A stretch of 51,623 nucleotides of DNA from Thermoproteota archaeon (GTDB lineage: Archaea; Korarchaeota; Korarchaeia; Korarchaeales; Korarchaeaceae). Of this stretch, positions 38,372-49,089 are shown one piece after another (positions within the stretch are counted from its first letter, which is position 1; each line of letters begins with the position of its first letter). Both the position numbers and the translations under genes were made by a program. The stretch is taken from the NCBI GenBank assembly GCA_027491395.1, contig JAOZFI010000025.1, forward strand, positions 1 to 51,623, in the 5' to 3' direction. The notes under the pieces were generated by a model, which was not told the DNA's origin, searched no databases, and saw only the letters and a list, made by a program, of their open reading frames with translations.

Positions 38372-38421
38372 ATTTCTCCTCCCCTCTCCTCCTCCCCCTC
38401 TTCTCTCCTTACCCATCCCCT

Positions 38422-39510
38422 CTACCTCACGAGTCCCCTCCTTACCGCCTCCACCAGCAAGGGGTCAGCCAGCTCGTACAGCCCGTCCCTTTTCTCGACG
38501 AATCCGTACTCCACGAGCTCTCTCAAATATGTGGTGATCTGTTTATCGCTTATCTTAGTTCCCAACGCTATGGCCAGCCCCCTCTTGACGTCTGACCATC
38601 TGGAGGGATTCATCAGGATTCTGAGGACCTCCACATATCTCTTCCTCGCGATACCCCTGATGGATAGGAAATTCTCCAGCTCCCGAGCAGCCAGAGAGGC
38701 TCCTTCATGGATAGTCCTTTCCAAGGCATCCTCGTGCTCCATCCTCATCCGGTGATAACCGTAGTAGGTGAGCCAGCCCACGATCCCATCAAGCTTGTCT
38801 ACAGCCTCCTCAAGCTCCCTCAGAGGAGGGCTTATCCCTACCTGCTCGAAACCCTTTGCGAGGAAGTCCAAGGATCTCTCCCGCGGGAACTTCTTGAGCT
38901 GAATCTCCGCATAAGCCCTACCGAACAGTGGGGAGGATGGGTCTTCCCTACCCAGCAGACGGTCGAGAAGGCCTACTTCAGATCCGGCCAGTAATAGCTT
39001 AATCCTCTCCTCATAGTCGTAGATGTGCGCTAGCAGCTCCGAGAAACCCCTGATGAGCCTGAGGTCCTGCGCTTCATCGAACGCCATCACCAAGTAAGTC
39101 CCTTCAGACTCGGCCCACTCATTAAAGGCACCTACCAATTTTCCAACAGTTGACAGGGATCTTCTCGATATTTCAATCCGAAACCCGGCGATTTCTACCT
39201 CCCTTATCTTAGAAAGGAATTTCTTGATCCCCCTTTCCTGCTCCAAGAGTCTACTCAATTCATCTGACAGGTAAGAGTAGATGTCCTCAGGTGAGATAGA
39301 TCCGCCGAGCCGCAGGTCGATGAGCACGTAAGGTAGATCTAGCTCTGACAGAGAGACTCTCACGAGAGATGACTTTCCTGTCCTCCTGATGCCCTTCACC
39401 ACGACCATTCTCGAGATGGGATTAAGGAGCTCGGATATGAGCGAGTCCAGCTCCGCTTCCATGTCGTAGAAATCATCCCTCTTGGATTTCACTCCGAGCG
39501 AGAAGTACAA
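38422..39510 (-). CDS. Archaeal ATPase (ATPase_2 / STAND-like) with C-terminal wHTH
   Basis: DFYDMEAE, GIRRTGKSS, FDEAQ, LLAGSEVG, SPLFGR and YELADP motifs. Confidence 0.9.
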   Translation of the reverse strand: MYFSLGVKSKRDDFYDMEAELDSLISELLNPISRMVVVKGIRRTGKSSLVRVSLSELDLPYVLIDLRLGGSISPEDIYSYLSDELSRLLEQERGIKKFLSKIREVEIAGFRIEISRRSLSTVGKLVGAFNEWAESEGTYLVMAFDEAQDLRLIRGFSELLAHIYDYEERIKLLLAGSEVGLLDRLLGREDPSSPLFGRAYAEIQLKKFPRERSLDFLAKGFEQVGISPPLRELEEAVDKLDGIVGWLTYYGYHRMRMEHEDALERTIHEGASLAARELENFLSIRGIARKRYVEVLRILMNPSRWSDVKRGLAIALGTKISDKQITTYLRELVEYGFVEKRDGLYELADPLLVEAVRRGLVR

Positions 39511-39613
39511 CTTACACCCCCTGTAAGTAACTCACACCCCGTGTTATTAAAGATAGTGCGATTAAAGATGATAGATATAAGAGGAGGTGCCTGAAAAAGG
39601 AGGTTGAGGGTGA

Positions 39614-40720
39614 TCAGAGCTTCCAGGGGAACTCGACTCCTACCTGATCGGCCACATCCTTCATGTTGGCCATTACCTTCTTGTAGATAGGTATACCCTC
39701 CTTCAGCCTCTTCTGAGTGGTGAGCCAGCTCTTCTCACCGTGTACCCATATCTTCTTGAAGTCCGGATGGAGAGGTGCTGATTTCAACTTCTGTATCATG
39801 TAGTCCATCCTCTCCTTGAACTCGTCCACGGGCATGAAGCTCTCTACATTGACTGCCATGAAGAAGTGCCCCACGTTGCTCGGCCCCGGGCCCTCGGTCT
39901 GGCCCACGTCCTTCAGCAGAGCCGCGCCGCTCAGCACTCCAGAGAAGAGTTCGACCATAACGGCGAGACCATATCCCTTGTGGCCACCGAAGAGTTCGCC
40001 AAGACCTCCTAGCGGTAGCAAAGCTCCTTCCTTCCTTATAACCATGGGATCATCGGTTAGCTTACCCTGAGCATCAATGCCCCATCCCAGAGGGGCCTTC
40101 TTGCCCATCCTCGTGTACACTTCCATCTTCCCTATCGGTACGATGGATGTGGCCATATCCAGCACCCACGGAGGCGGAGTCTTCGTCGGAGCAGCTACAG
40201 CTATCGGGTTAGTCCCTATCCACTTGCCCAAAGCACCAGTATGCGCCACTAGGGGCCTGGCGTTGGTCATAGTGACGCCTATCATGTCGTGGTCTAGGGC
40301 CATCATCGCGTAGTAGCCGGCAATGCCGAAGTGATTGCTGAGCCTCACGGTCACGAAACCTATGCCAGCTTCCTTCGCCTTCTTTATCGCCAGCTCCATT
40401 GCCTTCCTGCCGACGACCTGACCAAGTCCGGAGTCGCCGTCGATCAGGGCGTAGGCAGGACCTTCCCTCACGACCTGTATGTCTGGATGAGTTTTCACTG
40501 CGCCGTTCACTATCCCGTCAACGTACCTCTTCAGCCTCGCGACCCCGTGAGAGCCTATACCCCTCAAATCCGCAGTAACCAAGTTATCGGCTGTCCAGCG
40601 GGCATGCTCCTCGGGCACACCCAGCTTAACGAAGACGGAGGTGACGAAGTCCATAAGGTCCTCATACTTCACGATATAGTAATCCCCAGGGGGAACAGGT
40701 GGTGACTTATCATAGGACAG
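39614..40720 (-). CDS. Ldh2/Mdh2 family oxidoreductase (malate/L-lactate dehydrogenase type 2)
   Basis: ADLRGIGSHG, SNHFGIAGYY, GTNPIA, LDMATS and GGHKGYGL motifs. The frame stays open to a CTG at 40720, preceded by a GGTGA SD. Confidence 0.92.
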   Translation of the reverse strand: MSYDKSPPVPPGDYYIVKYEDLMDFVTSVFVKLGVPEEHARWTADNLVTADLRGIGSHGVARLKRYVDGIVNGAVKTHPDIQVVREGPAYALIDGDSGLGQVVGRKAMELAIKKAKEAGIGFVTVRLSNHFGIAGYYAMMALDHDMIGVTMTNARPLVAHTGALGKWIGTNPIAVAAPTKTPPPWVLDMATSIVPIGKMEVYTRMGKKAPLGWGIDAQGKLTDDPMVIRKEGALLPLGGLGELFGGHKGYGLAVMVELFSGVLSGAALLKDVGQTEGPGPSNVGHFFMAVNVESFMPVDEFKERMDYMIQKLKSAPLHPDFKKIWVHGEKSWLTTQKRLKEGIPIYKKVMANMKDVADQVGVEFPWKL

Positions 40721-41327
40721 GTGGGATCACCCGGTATTATACAGCTGCATAATATCCTAAAAAAGTTGGTTATTCAATGGCCGACGGGGTGGCAGACTTG
40801 CAAATAAGCTGAAGTAGACAAGGGCATCGCGCTCTGGGCAGAGAAAGGGTTGCGTCGTAAAAACAACAAAACAAATCGTGTGAATTCAATCCAATGTTTA
40901 TGCTCTTCTATTTTTTACGAGGTATGCGCTAGTGAGTAAGGACCTTATGTGCTAATAACGATGCCATATTTCTTTTCAGTTGGCAGTCTCTTCCGTCCAG
41001 CTCAGAGTTAACGCGTCTACTACTTAACCCTATGCGGCTTGAACAGCCCGGAAGCTCAACATGATAAGTCAAAAATCCAAGTGGAATCGGGGCGAGTTAC
41101 TTGTGGCTTAAATTTATCTTGTTTCTTCAATTAAGCTATTTCTGTAATCTCTTAAGCGGAGATAACCACTATAATTGACTTGTTTTACCTACGCTATGAC
41201 TAACCAATACCCCTACCAAGGGGCCATGGTGGTTAGTAACTCTGATATCTCACTTATCACATCACAGAGGAACCTGACCGACAAATTCTAACCAAAAATT
41301 AGGGGGAATACTAGTGCATGGTGAAAC

Positions 41328-43826
41328 CTAGCTACCACGTCCCCATAAACCACGCCTTATCTTGATGATCGATAGGATCAAGATTATCGCGAGGAGCAAT
41401 ACGAGAAGGACTACGATCCCGCTATAGTCTAACCCTACGCTCTTAGATCGATCAATCTCCTTCGATGTGAGGGCAGTTACTGTAATCTCTGAGTTAACAT
41501 TCGATGTCTCCCTCTTAGCGGGTCCTCCTTCAACTTCAGCCTCATTAGGTAACTGCTTGTGTTTTCTGCAGTGTGGCACCTCCACCTCAAAAGAAGCCGG
41601 TGCATAACCTTCCTTTGTTACTATGACACCCACCTTCCCGCTGTCCGAGCAAAGATCGATCAATTTACTTCCATCAATCGAGATCTCTTTGTTGTTGTAG
41701 TGCAGGGTCGCGGTCGTAGGACCTCCTTCCACAGAGACACTGACTCTATATCCGGATTCATTTATCCTCTCTACCTGCACATCTAATGGTCTAATTCTTT
41801 TTATTAACAGCTCTCTTTTCACATTACTCCCATCTATCCAAAAGATAATTTTGTTGATCCCATAATTAATTCTTGTCCTGTATTCGAAGAATGGAGGTGA
41901 ATACGAGAAAAGAGTGTCTGGTCTAAAAGTAATCTCGCCCATATTGACCTTCAATCTCCTATGATCGAAGTTCTGAACTACACCTTCTAATGTTATCTCA
42001 TTCCCAGTGGTTACGATCGACTTATATGGTAGTATCAAAAGGCGTGGCTTTACCACGTACCACCTAACGGAATTACCGTTGACATCGACGACTACGTAAT
42101 GATATACATCATGCTCGAAGTTCTCATTGTCTATCTCGGCTCCCCCACCCCCACTTATCATGTAAAGGACGTTCCTTTCTCTGTAAGTGTAAAAGCAGTG
42201 GCAGTGTCCTTGAAACACGATCCTCACATGGGCCTCGGAGAAGATTCTCGCGAGAGTATCGTCTTCCTTTTCAGGATAGTTGTTGCCCCAGTCGGGTCTC
42301 ACAGGTTGGTGGATGAAAACGAACTTATGTTTTGCCCGAGTCCTCAGATCCCATTTAAGCCATGAGATCTGCTCTTCTCCCAAAAGCGCTCTATAACTTA
42401 CTTTGAAATTGGGGTTTAAAATAGTAAAATGTGAATTACAATAATCGAAGGAATAGTAAGTTTTATTAAAGAAGTATCTGAAGTTATCGCCAGGCGCCTC
42501 GTGGTTTCCCATTGCTATGTTCACGGGCAAGCCGGTCATGGCGGTTACATTCATGAACTTCAGGTAGTCAGAGACGTCCCCGTCCCGCCCCACTATGTCG
42601 CCGGTGTTGAACATCAGGTCAGCTTCAGTGGTATTAACAGCATGAAGGAGGATATACCTGTAGATTAGGAAGTCAAATCTTGTATAGGAAGCAGGAGGCC
42701 TGTTGTCGCCCAGAACAATAAATCTAAACGTGTCGCACTTAGGCCTCAAATGGGAGCCGTTTACGTAATTGCTCACGTGAACTTTGGCTCTTGCCTGAAA
42801 GAGGCGACCGTTCCTCTCCTTAACCCTCACTGTGAGGTAATGTAGGCCATCCCACGTCCTAGTTGAGTCCCACCTCCCTACTCACATACCATCCGACAAG
42901 GGCGATAGCTTTACCCTGTGTCCGTACCTAGAATCCCAGGGATAGCCTCCAAAATAATCCAATCTAGCCTCAACGCTCCCCACATCCGATTTGTTCCCTG
43001 TAATCCTGACTTTGATCTCAGAAATACCTCTGAAGAACTTGTTGTATAGAAAAACTCTCGGTCCCTCGATCATTGAGCTTATCTCCCTTCCCCCTTCGAG
43101 GCCCTGATTGACCTCTATAATCCCTTTCACAGCACTTGGGAAGGGATTGAACAGAAGCCTGTACCTGCTAGAGTTAGCTCTAATAGTCACCACGGGACCG
43201 ACCACGTAAGGAGTAAGCATGTAACTGGGAATCTCGAAGCTCAGGGGTTTGATTTTTATAGGGACGTACCCGCTGAACAAGCTTATTATCTCCGGATCGT
43301 AGGGAAGGTAGTATGGTTTGAACTCATTGCTATCTATAGTTATGTTCCATATGCCCCCGATTTTCACGGAAAATTTTCCCTTCGCCAGAAAGAAGAGACC
43401 TACACCCCTCTTGAGCACATACTTGCTAGCTTGGAGGGTGAGGTAAGAGTCGCTCTCTCCGTTAGAAATGAAGATGATCTCTTCGCTTCCGTTCACCGTA
43501 GTTCTAAATAGGTGCATATTAAGTCCTCTCAAGGTTTTTCCAACTCTCTCGAAAGCTTTAAGCGGAGTTACTCCACCTAACTGGACTTTTCTTATCTGAC
43601 CCGACTCCACAGCGGTTAAAGAGCTGAGGTCTATGTACATGAGGAGCTCCTCCCTGAGTTTGGTGAGGTTCAGTATGTATAGATCACCGCCCTCCACATC
43701 GATCTTGAAGAGGTAGGCCTCATTAGATGAGCTGTGGTTCTGGATAGAGCTGACCATTAGAATAATGATCGCTATAGCGTACAGAGTATGTCTTCTAATA
43801 TCGTTAAACCCCATATTCAATCTCAA
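41328..43826 (-). pseudogene. Secreted, membrane-anchored metallophosphoesterase split by one in-frame TGA (42882-42884)
   Basis: ORFs 42882-43826 (signal peptide) and 41328-42830 (GDNR, TGDIV, MGNHE, FIHQP, GHCH, C-terminal TM) share a frame. The bridge reads GM*VGRWDSTRTWDGLHYLTVRV. Confidence 0.8.
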
Positions 43827-43875
43827 AAGACTGTAATAATATTAATATTTGGACTGACAATGGGCCCCCAAGTAA

Positions 43876-44058
43876 CTATTGACCGGAAACAAACACTTTC
43901 CGGACATATACTAAGATAAAACTAATACATCCCAGAGGTACGATGAGAGCGGTAAGGGCGAATTCTCTGTGGAAGGAAGCTCGGGGTAGGTGATTTGGTC
44001 GAAGTGGATCTGTAGGAGGAGTTTGATTGAAGGTAATGACTGATGCAAGTCTCCTCAC
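43876..44058 (-). pseudogene. Possible C-terminal TM-anchor remnant of a surface protein
   Basis: Pro/Thr linker, then a hydrophobic stretch and RK. It lies between two surface-protein genes. Confidence 0.3.
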
Positions 44059-44122
44059 TTACCTAAATGTGGGGATGCGGAATGACGAGACCAAGATCGT
44101 TGAAGGGATTCTAATGGAGGAA

Positions 44123-45283
44123 CTAGCCCCTCCTCTTGAGGCGGAGGACCATCAGGCCAAGCACCACAACCACTCCGATGAGGATCCCTATTAACGGATA
44201 GCTCTTTTCAGGTTCAATCTCTCTAACTACGGTGACTACGGTAGTGAGGGTAGCAGCAGGGGTTCCCGTAGCTGATAGGCCCCTGTGAGCCTCTTCCGTC
44301 GGAGTTAGGCTGCTCTGCCTTTCAGTCGGTCGGGTAGTCTGCCCACTCGGTTGGTTAGAGGTTTTAGCCTTCCTTACCATAAGCCATATGGACGATCTCT
44401 CCTCCACATTTCCTTGGTAAGCAACCACACCGATGTCGAATCCACCATATGACAGTGGATGGGTGAATATCTTCAGCCTGTAGCAGTCTCCCTCCTCGGT
44501 GATCAGGTACCTGTAGCCTGCTGGCAGGTTCTCCACCCTGAACTTCGGGGATTCTAGGGAAGAGCATATCTTGAAGCCAGCCATATCTCCTGCATTAACG
44601 TCGAGCTTCGAGGGGGTTATGGAGAGCTCCCTCAACTCTGTAGTGCTGGTTATCCATTTAACTGTGCCGGGGGTGTAGGAAGATGTTGAGGTCCTAGCTG
44701 ATTGAGTGGAGCTTCCCGGCGATACCACAGTGAGGGTTTCGATGGTCCCCGATTGGGTCGATGAGGTGGGAGACCTCAGCCACACCGTGACAGCCTTGTG
44801 CATGTTGCGGGAGGACCCATCCTCTAGGGATGCTCGATAGGAAACCTCTAGCCTGAAACCGAGCCCCCTCACATAGTCACGGGCTATGAAGGAAGCATCT
44901 GCGTCTACATTGCCCGTCTGGTTATTAGCTTCGCAACCAGCCCCAGTACCCACATCCACTCCGGGGGTGATATCTACTAAGGAGTAGGATTCCGCGCTCA
45001 CGGAGTAGGTCCCTAGCTCCTTGACCCTTGCCAAGAACCTCAGCTCGACTCGCGTTCCCACATCAACGGTCAAAGTCGAGGGGATCCTATTCCCCTCATA
45101 GATGGTGGAGCCCCCATCCGGATACCTCACCTCCATAACGAACCTGGGGGAGATTGTAGCGACGATGATCTCGCTATCAATGGTCATTCGGCATTGGCTG
45201 GAGCTCCGCAGAGGTGCAGCGGAACCCCATGCCAAGGGTACAATTGCTATGGCTATCAGGAGGATGGAAAAGGGTTTAGTCAT
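44123..45283 (-). CDS. Secreted Ser/Thr-rich surface protein with C-terminal TM anchor
   Basis: Signal peptide, beta-rich domains separated by S/T-rich linkers, then TM and KRRG tail. Confidence 0.75.
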   Translation of the reverse strand: MTKPFSILLIAIAIVPLAWGSAAPLRSSSQCRMTIDSEIIVATISPRFVMEVRYPDGGSTIYEGNRIPSTLTVDVGTRVELRFLARVKELGTYSVSAESYSLVDITPGVDVGTGAGCEANNQTGNVDADASFIARDYVRGLGFRLEVSYRASLEDGSSRNMHKAVTVWLRSPTSSTQSGTIETLTVVSPGSSTQSARTSTSSYTPGTVKWITSTTELRELSITPSKLDVNAGDMAGFKICSSLESPKFRVENLPAGYRYLITEEGDCYRLKIFTHPLSYGGFDIGVVAYQGNVEERSSIWLMVRKAKTSNQPSGQTTRPTERQSSLTPTEEAHRGLSATGTPAATLTTVVTVVREIEPEKSYPLIGILIGVVVVLGLMVLRLKRRG

Positions 45284-46144
45284 TCACATCCAAGTATTTA
45301 TGAATGATTAGATAATATAACCTTTAGGTAATGGAAGCTGGCGTACCTATCACACGGGTAGGTGCTAGATCCATTAGGCCCTTAGCATCCGCGAGAGAGC
45401 CTTACTAGCGCGCTGATAGGGAACGGGAGCCACCGGTGATCTTCACGAGACCTCATCTTCCAGCCTCCAATGCTGAGATTAGCTGATAAAAATGCAATCT
45501 CTACTAAGGTTATAGATGCGCTCGAGTGTTCAATGAGGCTACGGGTCTTAGGATAGAGGGTACGATGGAGAATAGGGTTATTAAGGAGAGGGGCGTCAGA
45601 AGGTGGGAGAACGGATCCCGTGATGAATTTTTCCATCCAATCAGATATTCAGATAATAGTATCACAGATCTTGAGAGCGAGGTCACGACCTCTCAAAGGA
45701 ACTGATTGATCTCCCGACCAGATAACCCCGCGCTCAATACTATTTTACCTACCCTGCTCATCTGAGGAGAGTATCTTGGTAATGCCTAGATTGCGATTTT
45801 CTAAGGCCCAGAAAAGGGAAGGAGGGAAACACTTCCCAGGTATGATGTTGGCCGGGGTGTCGCGCCTTCCCATCAACTTCCCGAGCAAGATCCCCCTAGG
45901 CGGAAAAGAAGCGTTGAAATTTTTGATGATATTCGGAATGAGAAGAGACGCGCGTGAAGTTGATGGATCACTTCAGACATCGCTGGTGAGGGGCTTACCT
46001 CCGAGTTCGTTGAGTTTGATTAATGTTGCTAGTTTGAGGGAAGCTAAAGTAATAAAGGGAAAGTGGAACCCTGAGGAGCTGGGGAATTTACGTTGCCCTT
46101 GGTTACACATCATTTATATATCAGTAATACTAAGTGCATATGTA

Positions 46145-46381
46145 ATGACAGTAATTACCGTCAGGATTGACGAGGAGACCAAGAGGATGATGGAACGCGT
46201 TAGGATAAACTGGAGCGAATTCATAAGGAGCGCCATAAGGAATAAGATAATGGAGGAAAGGAGGAGGAATCTAGCTAAGGCCGTGCTAATAACGGAGAGG
46301 GTGAGGAAGAGGAGCAGGGGGGAGGCGAAGGCGGAGGAGATTGTGAGGCGGTTCAGAGATGAACGAGGAGGTAGTGCTTGA
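46145..46381 (+). CDS. vapB: VapB-type antitoxin (RHH-like)
   Basis: MTVITVRIDEETKRMM...INWSEFIR...IVRRFRDER; overlaps the PIN gene. Confidence 0.85.
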   Translation: MTVITVRIDEETKRMMERVRINWSEFIRSAIRNKIMEERRRNLAKAVLITERVRKRSRGEAKAEEIVRRFRDERGGSA

Positions 46382-46793
46382 CGCAAGCATCGTGGTGAAG
46401 TGGTTCGTGGAGGAAGAGGGGTCTAAGGAGGCCTTAGAGATCAGGGACAGGTACGTAGAAGGGGAAATACAGATAATCGCCCCTGAGCTCATAACTTACG
46501 AGGTATTGAATGCCCTCTACTACAAGAGGCTCTTCTCGGAGGACGAGCTGAAACTTATTTCCGAGGCTCTAGAGGCGTACTCCTTCTCCCTCTATCCATT
46601 GAGAGGTGAGTACGCCAAGAAGGTTGTGGAGGTTTCGTATGAGAATGATATAACCCTATATGATGCCTCTTATGTGGCCTTAGCTATCGTCAGGGATACT
46701 TTCGCCTATACAGCCGATGAGAGGCTAGTTCGGAAGTTAAGGGATGAGTATAGGAGGTACGTTAGGAGCTTAGGGGGTGATACTAACAAGTAG
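46359..46793 (+). CDS. vapC: PIN-domain VapC toxin
   Basis: VVLDASIVVKW, YEVLNAL, TLYDASYVALA and YTADERL motifs. Confidence 0.92.
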   Translation: MNEEVVLDASIVVKWFVEEEGSKEALEIRDRYVEGEIQIIAPELITYEVLNALYYKRLFSEDELKLISEALEAYSFSLYPLRGEYAKKVVEVSYENDITLYDASYVALAIVRDTFAYTADERLVRKLRDEYRRYVRSLGGDTNK

Positions 46794-46946
46794 GGAACTG
46801 CCTAGTGGGATCGCTCATGTGGCTTTTACATTCATTTGGATCTCAAACATTCTTCAGCAATTCCAGTACTAAGAATACCTACATCTTCTCTATTTGAGCA
46901 TGTCCTCTATCAGACCTCTCCTCAGAGGCACCCACCTATACCTCAT

Positions 46947-46970
46947 TTTCATTGACTCAGGTCAATGAAA
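46947..46970. repeat. Perfect 10-bp inverted repeat TTTCATTGAC-tcag-GTCAATGAAA
   Basis: Read directly from the sequence; lies between the convergent vapC and 47047-47607 genes. Confidence 0.7.
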
Positions 46971-47046
46971 CCCGCTATTCACCATAGTGGGCTCGCGTGA
47001 GAAGCAGTACCCTTCACATACCCTGCTGCCTCACTACAGGTCCCAA

Positions 47047-47607
47047 TTATCTCTCCTTTTTCGTACACCTCTCATGGGGCCTTCTCCTGTCGACCTTCAG
47101 TTTCCTGATCTCCGAGGCATCCCTCCTCAGAACCCACCTCATTATCCTTTTACCCTCCCCCGAGAGCTCGCTCCAGCTAATCACCCCGATTAGTCGCTCT
47201 CTAAGGTATTCCCTCTCTATCTCGCTGACGCTCTTTCTAACGAGGATCGTGTAACTCCAAAAGAGGATCCTTACACCTCTCCCCTCCAGCCAGAGTCGAA
47301 TGAGATCCGCTACTACTTTTGCCTTCTCTACCTGCTTAACCACTCTAGTGGGCTTTAGGGAGGTCTTAAACTCGAATGCGTGAAGCCAAGTCATCTTGTC
47401 TTCTTGAAAGAGAACCAGATCTATCTCGCCCAAGATTCTCTCATTAGCCTTGGATATGCTGATCGCGGACACGTTATGCAGGGATCTGTGGCCCGGGAAG
47501 ACTGTGGTGAGGTAGTTCCTCAGGGGCATCTCATGAAGGACCTCGACCATCCCCTCGACGAGTTTGAGCTCACCATATTGAGTTGAAGCTCTGGTGAGGA
47601 TCCTCAT
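47047..47607 (-). CDS. PD-(D/E)xK nuclease-fold protein
   Basis: E..LVE...GEIDLVL...HAFEFKTS...KQVEKA pattern. Confidence 0.65.
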   Translation of the reverse strand: MRILTRASTQYGELKLVEGMVEVLHEMPLRNYLTTVFPGHRSLHNVSAISISKANERILGEIDLVLFQEDKMTWLHAFEFKTSLKPTRVVKQVEKAKVVADLIRLWLEGRGVRILFWSYTILVRKSVSEIEREYLRERLIGVISWSELSGEGKRIMRWVLRRDASEIRKLKVDRRRPHERCTKKER

Positions 47608-47771
47608 CTAGCTTGGCCTAAATTAGATGGAATAAAAGCAGATTGGCCGGAAGTATCATGTGGTCACCTCCCGGTGAAATTATCGGACAGTCGCCGGAAT
47701 CGCACTTGACAGGGGACGTCGCTCGAGTTCCTGATGTTCGGAAGGATTAGCATTCAGGTGAATCCGATCGG

Positions 47772-48707
47772 TTAAGGGGAGGCCCACCCTAGCTTCTCGG
47801 CCATTTCCCGCAGGACAGGATCTACCAAGGCGAGAAACCCACTTGTTCCTTCACTCCTCTTCCTGCCTCTCAGATCGAGTCTCAAGATATGAACACTTCT
47901 CGTGATAAAATGCCTGAGGATGGTGATCCTGCCCTCAAGTTCCTTCAACAGCGCGGCCAAGGATTCTATCATTTCATTCCTTTTGAGGGTCCTCACCTCA
48001 CCTTCACTGGGTTTTCCTATGTACCCCAGATTTCGGAGCAACCTGTACTCCATCTCGCTCGGATTCGACGGTGCCAAGTTTATCATGCCCACGAACCTCG
48101 AGTAGAATTCCTTGATACCTCCCATCTCATCTGCGTAATACTGCTCTAACTTGTCGATCATCCTCAGAGTCCTCTTACAGTCTATGATAGCAGGTCTAAG
48201 CACCACCGCGTAGGAGGAGGAGAGGAAAATGCTTAGAACGGTATAACGCAGATCGAAGAAGGGAGCGCTATCCAGTATGACGTACTTGAACTTTGAGTAC
48301 ACACCAGCTTTCTCAAAGAGCCGCCTAAAAATAGATCCTGGTTTTCCGGACTTCCACGCATCGTCGATGACATCAACGAAGTTCTCCCCGGGAGAGAGGA
48401 TCCTGAGCGGGATGTCTCCTATCCTAGCAGGGCTCAGGTAGTTGTCCACTAAGATATTCTTCCTGTGTTTGATGGAGTCCTCGTACATTGCCTCGAGGGT
48501 CATCCTGCCCTCAACGACCCGGTCATATGACACGTTGTCCATGACAGCTAGGCTCAGGCCTGCCGTGGGATCCATATCCACCAGGAGAATGTCGTAAGGA
48601 TTGACCTTCAAGATCTTGACCAACCAGGCCGCCAAGGCTAGGGAGAGGGTGGTCTTGCCAACGCCGCCGGAGGCGGATATGAAGGATATGATCCTAGATG
48701 ATGACAC
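47772..48707 (-). CDS. ParA/Soj/MinD-family ATPase
   Basis: ISFISASGGVGKTT, LLVDMDP.A.LS and YVILDSAP motifs. Confidence 0.88.
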   Translation of the reverse strand: MSSSRIISFISASGGVGKTTLSLALAAWLVKILKVNPYDILLVDMDPTAGLSLAVMDNVSYDRVVEGRMTLEAMYEDSIKHRKNILVDNYLSPARIGDIPLRILSPGENFVDVIDDAWKSGKPGSIFRRLFEKAGVYSKFKYVILDSAPFFDLRYTVLSIFLSSSYAVVLRPAIIDCKRTLRMIDKLEQYYADEMGGIKEFYSRFVGMINLAPSNPSEMEYRLLRNLGYIGKPSEGEVRTLKRNEMIESLAALLKELEGRITILRHFITRSVHILRLDLRGRKRSEGTSGFLALVDPVLREMAEKLGWASP

Positions 48708-49089
48708 AATTCTTATCCATGAGCGAGTAAATGATAAGTCTTATACCCAGCCTTCCCCTCATCGCGGTTACCCTTGACAGGTACTCCTCGTCCAAAGCAT
48801 CAACGATATGAAGTAAACTCGCTGAGCCAATACCGGCTACCTCCTCAAGAGCCACAGCCTGGCAGAATCCATAAAAGAATCTTTCGGGCTTTATTTTCAC
48901 CTCCAGGGCCTCAGTTCCCCTGAGAACATCAGCTTCAACGCCATTGATCATTGTGTTGGCATCACCTCCAACGGAGCTTGCGAGAAGTCTGTTGAAGTCT
49001 TTCTCATCTCTCGCCATATCGAGGAGCTGGTGAAACCTGCCGGAGCGAATGAGCTGTTCGATGTCGCTCACGAGACTTGATATCTTCAT
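48694..49089 (-). CDS. Small PD-(D/E)xK-fold protein coupled to the ParA-like gene
   Basis: EKDFN...GVEADVL...ALEVK....F..FCQAV pattern; 14-nt overlap with the ParA-like gene. ATG at 49089 is preferred. Confidence 0.55.
   Translation of the reverse strand: MKISSLVSDIEQLIRSGRFHQLLDMARDEKDFNRLLASSVGGDANTMINGVEADVLRGTEALEVKIKPERFFYGFCQAVALEEVAGIGSASLLHIVDALDEEYLSRVTAMRGRLGIRLIIYSLMDKNCVII

Noticed and set aside
38422-39510. Archaeal ATPase as part of the nurA-herA module
   Set aside because: It is convergently oriented and belongs to a family scattered in many copies in thermophilic archaea. Only proximity links it to the module.
42882-42884. In-frame TGA read as selenocysteine or programmed readthrough
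   Set aside because: The context fits Trp in a structural beta domain, not a redox Cys position, and no SECIS-like element was recognised. A nonsense change or sequencing error is simpler.
45776-46144. 123-aa N-terminal extension of the antitoxin ORF
   Set aside because: The composition is atypical, a TTTATATA promoter element lies just before ATG 46145, and the antitoxin motif starts there.
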